From the human T2T-CHM13v2.0 reference genome, Homo sapiens, in assembly GCF_009914755.1 (NCBI RefSeq), contig NC_060933.1: a DNA stretch of 64,000 nucleotides, one strand, 5' to 3'. Positions 58,001 through 64,000 of this stretch are shown one piece after another. Numbering within the stretch: the first letter of the stretch is position 1; each line of letters opens with the position of its first letter. Both the position numbers and the translations under genes were made by a program. Below the pieces are notes generated by a model. It did no database searches, was not told the origin of the DNA, and saw only the letters and a list, made by a program, of their open reading frames with translations.

Positions 58001-59179
58001 TTCCATTCCATTCAATTCCATTCCGTTCCATTCCATTCCATTTCATTCGGAATGATTCTATTCAACTCCCTTACTCTCCATTACATTCCATTCCATTCGG
58101 GTTGTTCCATTCCATTCCATTCCATTCCACTCCATTCTATTACACTCGGGTTGATTCCATTCCATTCCATTCCATTCCATTCCGGAAGATTCCATTCCAT
58201 TGCATTCCATTACATTCCATTCCCCTGCACTCGCTTTGATTCCATTCCATTCCATTCCATTCCATTCCATTCCATTCCATTCCATTCCTTTCCGTTCCAT
58301 TCCATTCCATTCCATTCCATTCCATTCCATTCCGTTCCGTTCCGTTCCGTTCCATTCCATTCCATTCCATTCCATTCTATTCGGGTTAATTCCATTCCAT
58401 TCCATTCGAATGCAGTCGAGTTGATTCCATTCCATTCCATTCCGTTCCATTCCATTCCATTCCATTCCATTCCTTTATAATCCATTACGGATGATTCCAT
58501 TCCATTGCATTCCATTCCATTCCATTCCCCTGTACTCGGGTTGATTCCATTCCATTCCATTCCAATCCATGCCATTCCACTCGTGTTGATTCCATTCTTT
58601 CCATTCCATTCAAGTTGAATCCATTCAATTGCATTGCATTCCATTCCATTCCCCTGCAGTCGGGTTGATTCCATTCCATTCCATTCCATTCCATTCCATT
58701 CCATTCCATTCCATTCCGTTCCGTTCCATTTAATTCCATTCCATTCTATTCGGGTTAATTCCATTCCATTCCATTCCATTCCATTCCATTCCATTCCATT
58801 CCAATCGAGTTGATTCCATTCCATTCCATTCCATTCCATTCCATTCCACTCCATTCCCGTCCTTTCCATTCCATTCCACTCGGGTTGATTCCAATGTATT
58901 CCTTTCCAGTCCATTCCATTCCATTGCAATCGAGTTGATTCCATTGATTTGCATTCCATTCCATTCCATTCCATTCCGGACGATTCCATTCCATTGCATT
59001 CCATTCCATTCCATTCCCCTGCACTCGGGTTGATTCCATTCCATTCCACTCCATTCCGTTCCATTCCATTCCATTCCATTGTATTTGGGTTAATTCCATT
59101 CCATTCCATTCCATTCCATTCCATTCCATTACAATCGAGTTCATTCCATTCCATTCCATTCCATTCCATTCCAGTCCTT

Positions 59180-59550
59180 TCCATTCCTTTCCACTCAGGT
59201 TGATTCCATTCTATTAGTTTCCATTCCATTCCATTCCCTTCCATTCCACTCTGGTGATTCCATTCCTTTCCAATCCACTCGAATACATTCCCTCCTATTC
59301 TACTCGGAACGATTCCATTCCATTCCATTCCATTCCATTCCATTCCATTCCATTCCATTCCTTTCCATTCCATTCCACTCAGGTTGATTCCATTCTATTA
59401 GTTTCCATTCCATTCCATTCCCTTCCATTCCACTCTGGTTGATTCCATTCCTTTCCAATCCACTCGAATACATTCCCTCCTATTCTACTCGGAACGATTC
59501 CATTCCATTCCATTCCATTCCATTCCATTCCATTCCATTTCTTTCCATTC
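59180..59550 (-). repeat. Local tandem duplication (184-bp unit x2)
   Basis: Both copies share private variants CCACTCAGGTTG (59191/59375), TTTCCAATCCACTCG and TATTCTACTCGG. Confidence 0.88.
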
Positions 59551-60309
59551 CATTCTATTCCATACCATTCCATTCCATTCCATTCCATTCCATTCTATTC
59601 CATTCCACTCGTGTTGATTCCATTCCTTTCCATTCCATTCGGATTGAAGCCATTCCATTCCATTCCATTCCATTCCATTCCTCTCCATTCGATTGCACTC
59701 GGGTTGATTCCATTCCATTCCATTCCATTCCATTCCATTCCATTCCATTACATTACATTCCATTCCGTTCCATTGTACTCGGGTTGATTCCATTCCACTG
59801 CATTCCATTCCATTCCATTCCATTCCATTCCTTTCCATTCCATTCCATTACATTCGGATTGATTCTATTCAACTCCCTTACTCTCCATTACATTCCATTC
59901 CATTCGGGATGTTCCATTCCATTCAATTCCATTCCACTCCATTCCATTGCACTCGGGTTGATTCCATTCCATTCCATTCCATTCCATTCCATTCCATTCC
60001 ATTCCGGATGATTCCATTCCATTACATTCCGTTCCATTATATTCCCCTGCACTCGCGTTGATTCCATTCCAATCCATTCCATTCCACACCATTCCATTCC
60101 ACTTCATTCCATTCCATTCCATTCCATTCCATTCCGTTCCGTTCCATTCCGTTCCATTCCATTCCATTCTATTCGGGTTAATTCCATTCCATTCCATTCC
60201 ATTCCATTCTATTCCATTCCATTGCAATCGAGTTGAATCCATTGCATTCCATTCCATTCCATTCCATTCCGGAAGATTCCATTCCATTGCATTCCATTAC
60301 ATTCCATTC

Positions 60310-63300
60310 CCCTGCACTCGCGTTGATTCCATTCCATTGCATTCCATTCCATTCCATTCCATTCCGTTCCTTTCCGTTCCATTCCATTCCTTTGCATTCC
60401 ATTCCATTCCGTTCCGTTCCATTCCATTCCATTCCCTTCTATTCGGGTTAATTCCATTCCATTCCTTTCGATTGCAATCGAGTTGATTCCATTCCATTCC
60501 ATTCCATTCCATTCCATTCCATTCCATTCCATTCCATTCCTTTCCATTCCATTCCTTTCCATTCCATTACGGATGATTCCATTCCATTGCATTCCATTAC
60601 ATTACATTCCTCTGCACTCGCGTTGATTCCATTCCATTCCATTCCATTCCATTCAATTCCATTCTATTACAATTCGTTCCATTCCATTCTATTCCGTACC
60701 ATTCCATTCCATTCCATACCATTCCATTCCATTCCATTCCATTCCATTCCGTTCCATTCCTTTCCATTCCATTCCATTCCATTCGGGTTAATTCCATTCC
60801 ATTCCATTCCATTCCATTCTATTCCATTCCATTGCAATCGAGTTGAATCCATTGCATTTCATTCCATTCCATTCCATTCCATTCCATTCCGGAAGATTCC
60901 ACTCCATTGCATTCCATTCCATTCCATTCCCCTGCACTCGCGTTGATTCCATTCCATTCCATTCCATTCCATTCCATTCCATTCCATTCCGTTCCGTTCC
61001 ATTCCATTCCATTCCATTCCATTCCATTCCATTCCGTTCCGTTCCATTCCATTCCATTCCATTCTATTCGGGTTAATTCCATTCCATTCCATTCGATAGC
61101 AATCGTGTTGATTCCATTCCATTCCATTCCATTCCATTCCATTCCATTCCTTTCCATTCCATTACGGATGATTCCATTCCATTGCATTCCATTCCATTCC
61201 ATTCCCCTGTACTCGGGTTGATTCCATTCCATTGCATTCCAATCCATGCCCTTCCACTCGTGTTCATTCCATTCTTTCCATTCCATTCAAGTTGAATCCA
61301 TTCCATTGCAATCCATTCCATTCGATTCCATTCGATTGCACTCGGGTTGATTCCATTCCATTGCATTCCATTCCATTCCATTCCATTCCATTCCATTCCG
61401 TTCCATTCCATTCCATTACATTCGGATTGATTCTATTCAATTCCCTTACACTGCATTACATTCCATTCCATTCGGGTAGTTTCCATTCCATTCCATTCCA
61501 TTCCTCTCCATTCCATTGCACTCGGTTTGATTCCATTCCATTGCATTCCATTCCATTCCATTCAATTCCATTCCGTTCCATTCCACTCCATTACATTCGG
61601 ATTGATTCTATTCAACTCCCTTACTCTCCATTACATTCCATTCCATTCGGGCTGTTCCATTCCAATCCATTCCATTCCACTCCATTCCATTTCACTCGGG
61701 TTTATTTCATTCCATTCCATTCCATTCCATTTCATTCCGTTCCATTCCGGAAGATTCCATTCCATTGCATTCCATTCCATTCCATTCCCCTGCACTCCCG
61801 TTGATTCCATTGCATTCCATTCCATTCCATTCCATTCCATTCCATTCCATTCCATTCCATTCCTTTCCGTTCCATTCCATTCCATTCCATTCCATTCCAT
61901 TCCATTCCGTTCCATTCCGTTCCATTCCATTCCATTCCATTCTATTCGGGTTAATTCCATTCCATTCCACTCGATTGCAATCGAGTTGATTCCATTCCAT
62001 TCCATTCCATTGCATTGCATTCCATTCCTTTCCATTCCATTCCTTTCCATTCCATTACGGATGATTCTATTCCATTGCATTCCATTCCATTCCATTCCCC
62101 TGTACTCGGGTTCATTCCATTCCATTCCATTCCAATCCATGCCATTCCACTCGTGTTGATTCCATTCTTTCCATTCCATTCAAGTTGAATCCATTCCATT
62201 GCATTCCATTCCATTCCATTCCCCTGCAGTCGGGTTGATTCCATTCCATTCCATTCCATTCCATTCCATTCCATTCCGTTACGTTCCGTTCCATTCCATT
62301 CCATTCCATTCTATTCGGGTTAATTCCATTCCATTCCATTCCATTCCATTCCATTCCAATCGAGTTGATTCCATTCCATTCCATTCCATTCCATTCGACT
62401 CCATTCCAGTCCTTTCCATTCCATTCGACTCCATTCCAGTCCTTTCTATTCCATTCCACTCGGGTTGATTCCAATGTATTCCTTTCCATTCCATTCCATT
62501 CCATTGCAATCGAGTTGATTCCATTGCTTTGCATTCCATTTCATTCCATTCCATTCCGGATGATTCCATTCCATTGCATTCCATTCCATTCCATTCCCCT
62601 GCACTCGGGTTGATTCCATTCCATTCCACTCCATTCCGTTCCATTCCATTCCATTCCATTACAATCGAGTTGATTCCATTCCATTCCATTCCATTCCATT
62701 CCATTCCACTCCAGTCCTTTCCATTCCATTCCACTCGTGTTGATTCCATTCTATTAGTTTCCATTCCATTCCATTCCCTTCCATTCCACTCTGGTTGATT
62801 CCATTCCTTTCCATTCCACTCGAATACATTCCCTCCTATTCCACTCGGAACGATTCCATTCCATTCCATTCCATTCCATTCCATTCCATTCCATTCCATT
62901 TCGTTCCATTCCATTCTATTCCGTATCATTCCATTCCATTCCATTTCATTCCATTCCATTCCATTCCATTCCACTCGTGTTGATTCCATTCCTTTCCATT
63001 CCATTCGGTTTGAAGGCATTCCATTCCATTCCATTCCATTCCATTCCATTCCATTCCATTCCATTGTACTCTGGTTGATTGCATTCCATTGCATTCCATT
63101 CCATTCCATTCCGTTGCATTCCATTCCATTACTTTCGGATTGATTCTATTCAACTCCCTTACTCTCCATTACGTTCCATTCCTTTCGGGTTGTTCCATTC
63201 CATTCCATTCCATTCCACTCCATTCCATTGCACTCGGGTTGATTCCATTCCATTCCATTCCATTCCATTCCATTCCATTCCGGATGATTCCATTCCATTA

Positions 63301-64000
63301 CATTCCGTTCCATTACATTCCCCTGCACTCGCGTTGATTCCATTCCATTGCATTCCATTCCATTCCATTCCATTCCGTTCCGTTCCGTTCCATTCCATTC
63401 CTTTGCATTCCATTCCATTCCGTTCCGTTCAATTCCATTCCATTCCCTTCTATTCGGGTTAATTCCATTCCATTCCATTCGATTGCAATCGAGTTGATTC
63501 CATTCCATTCCATTCCATTCCATTCCTTTCCATTCCATTCCTTTCCATTCCATTACGGATGATTCCATTCCATTGCATTCCATTCCATTACATTCCTCTG
63601 CACTCGCGTTGATTCCATTCCATTCCATTCCATTCCATTCAATTCCATTCTATTACAATTCGTTCCATTCCATTCTATTCCGTACCATTCCATTCCATTC
63701 CATACCATTCCATTCCATTCCATTCCATTCCATTCCATTCCATTCCGTTCCATTCCGTTCCATTCCATTCCATTCCATTCGGGTTAATTCCATTCCATTC
63801 CATTCCATTCCATTCTATTCCATTCCATTGCAATCGAGTTGAATCCATTGCATTTCATTCCATTCCATTCCATTCCGGAAGATTCCATTCCATTGCATTC
63901 CATTCCATTCCATTCCCCTGCACTCGCGTTGATTCCATTCCATTCCATTCCATTCCATTCCATTCCATTCCGTTCCGTTCCATTCCATTCCATTCCATTC
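60310..64000 (-). repeat. ~3.0-kb periodicity at the right end (60310-60990 recurs at 63320-64000)
   Basis: Private variant CATTCCTCTGCACTCGCG has its TCTG at 60611 and 63597 (offset 2986). CCCTTCTATTCGGG and CCTTTGCATTCC are also shared. Confidence 0.8.

Larger units (their letters stand above)
38860..64000 (-). repeat. Human satellite III (HSat3) array, inverted arm ((ATTCC)n on +)
   Basis: Continuous CATTC pentamers with ACTCGGGTTG/ATCGAGTTG/ATTCGGGTTA motifs, the exact reverse complements of the left-arm motifs. Confidence 0.98.

Noticed and set aside
1-64000. Hundreds of ORFs (MEWNG/IPFHS repeats, up to 417 aa at 30925-32178)
   Set aside because: (GGAAT)n has no stop codon in any frame and supplies an ATG every 5 bp. 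The ORFs overlap in all six frames and are pure pentamer translations with no gene structure.
1-64000. CRISPR-like repeat/spacer appearance of motifs separated by tracts
   Set aside because: The 'spacers' are identical pentamer runs rather than unique sequences, and there is no leader or cas gene.
13724-64000. Giant perfect palindrome or fold-back sequencing artefact centred on 38862
   Set aside because: Exact symmetry ends after 12 bp. Homologous markers are not equidistant from the centre (e.g. 17312 vs 48587, 37250 vs 43050).
1-64000. HSat2, alpha satellite, telomeric repeat or EWS-FLI1 (GGAA)n microsatellite
   Set aside because: There is no dominant CATTCGATTC/GATGAT ~26-bp HSat2 pattern, no 171-bp monomer or CENP-B box seen, and no TTAGGG run. 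The period is 5 rather than 4.

Overview
The whole 64-kb window is one satellite array: human-type Satellite III (HSat3), built of (GGAAT)n pentamers punctuated by the diagnostic CAAC(C/T/A/G)CGA(G/T/A)T motif. A recurring ~160-bp module (AATCAACCCGAGTGCAATCGAATGGAATCG...CAACCCGAGTACAGG) matches my recollection of the chr9q12 SatIII clone pHuR98, so the chr9 pericentromeric HSat3 block is the likely source; this is recalled, not searched. There are no credible genes, and all listed ORFs are translations of the pentamer. The main structural feature is a strand switch at ~38860-38864: GGAAT on + to the left and ATTCC on + to the right, so the G-rich strands converge. The join has a 5-bp microhomology (CGAGT), a 12-bp hairpin and an adjacent 100-bp deletion. 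The left arm holds a near-identical ~8.0-kb tandem duplication and a run of ~2.4-3.0-kb units. The right arm is a more diverged inverted mosaic of the same modules. One module variant (gGAAtcTTCcgGAAt) is a perfect three-unit heat-shock element and occurs about 44 times (counted by eye). I found no new protein-coding system. The best candidate for a 'system' is a non-coding one: HSF1 sites on both arms driving convergent transcription across an inversion, which could yield dsRNA.
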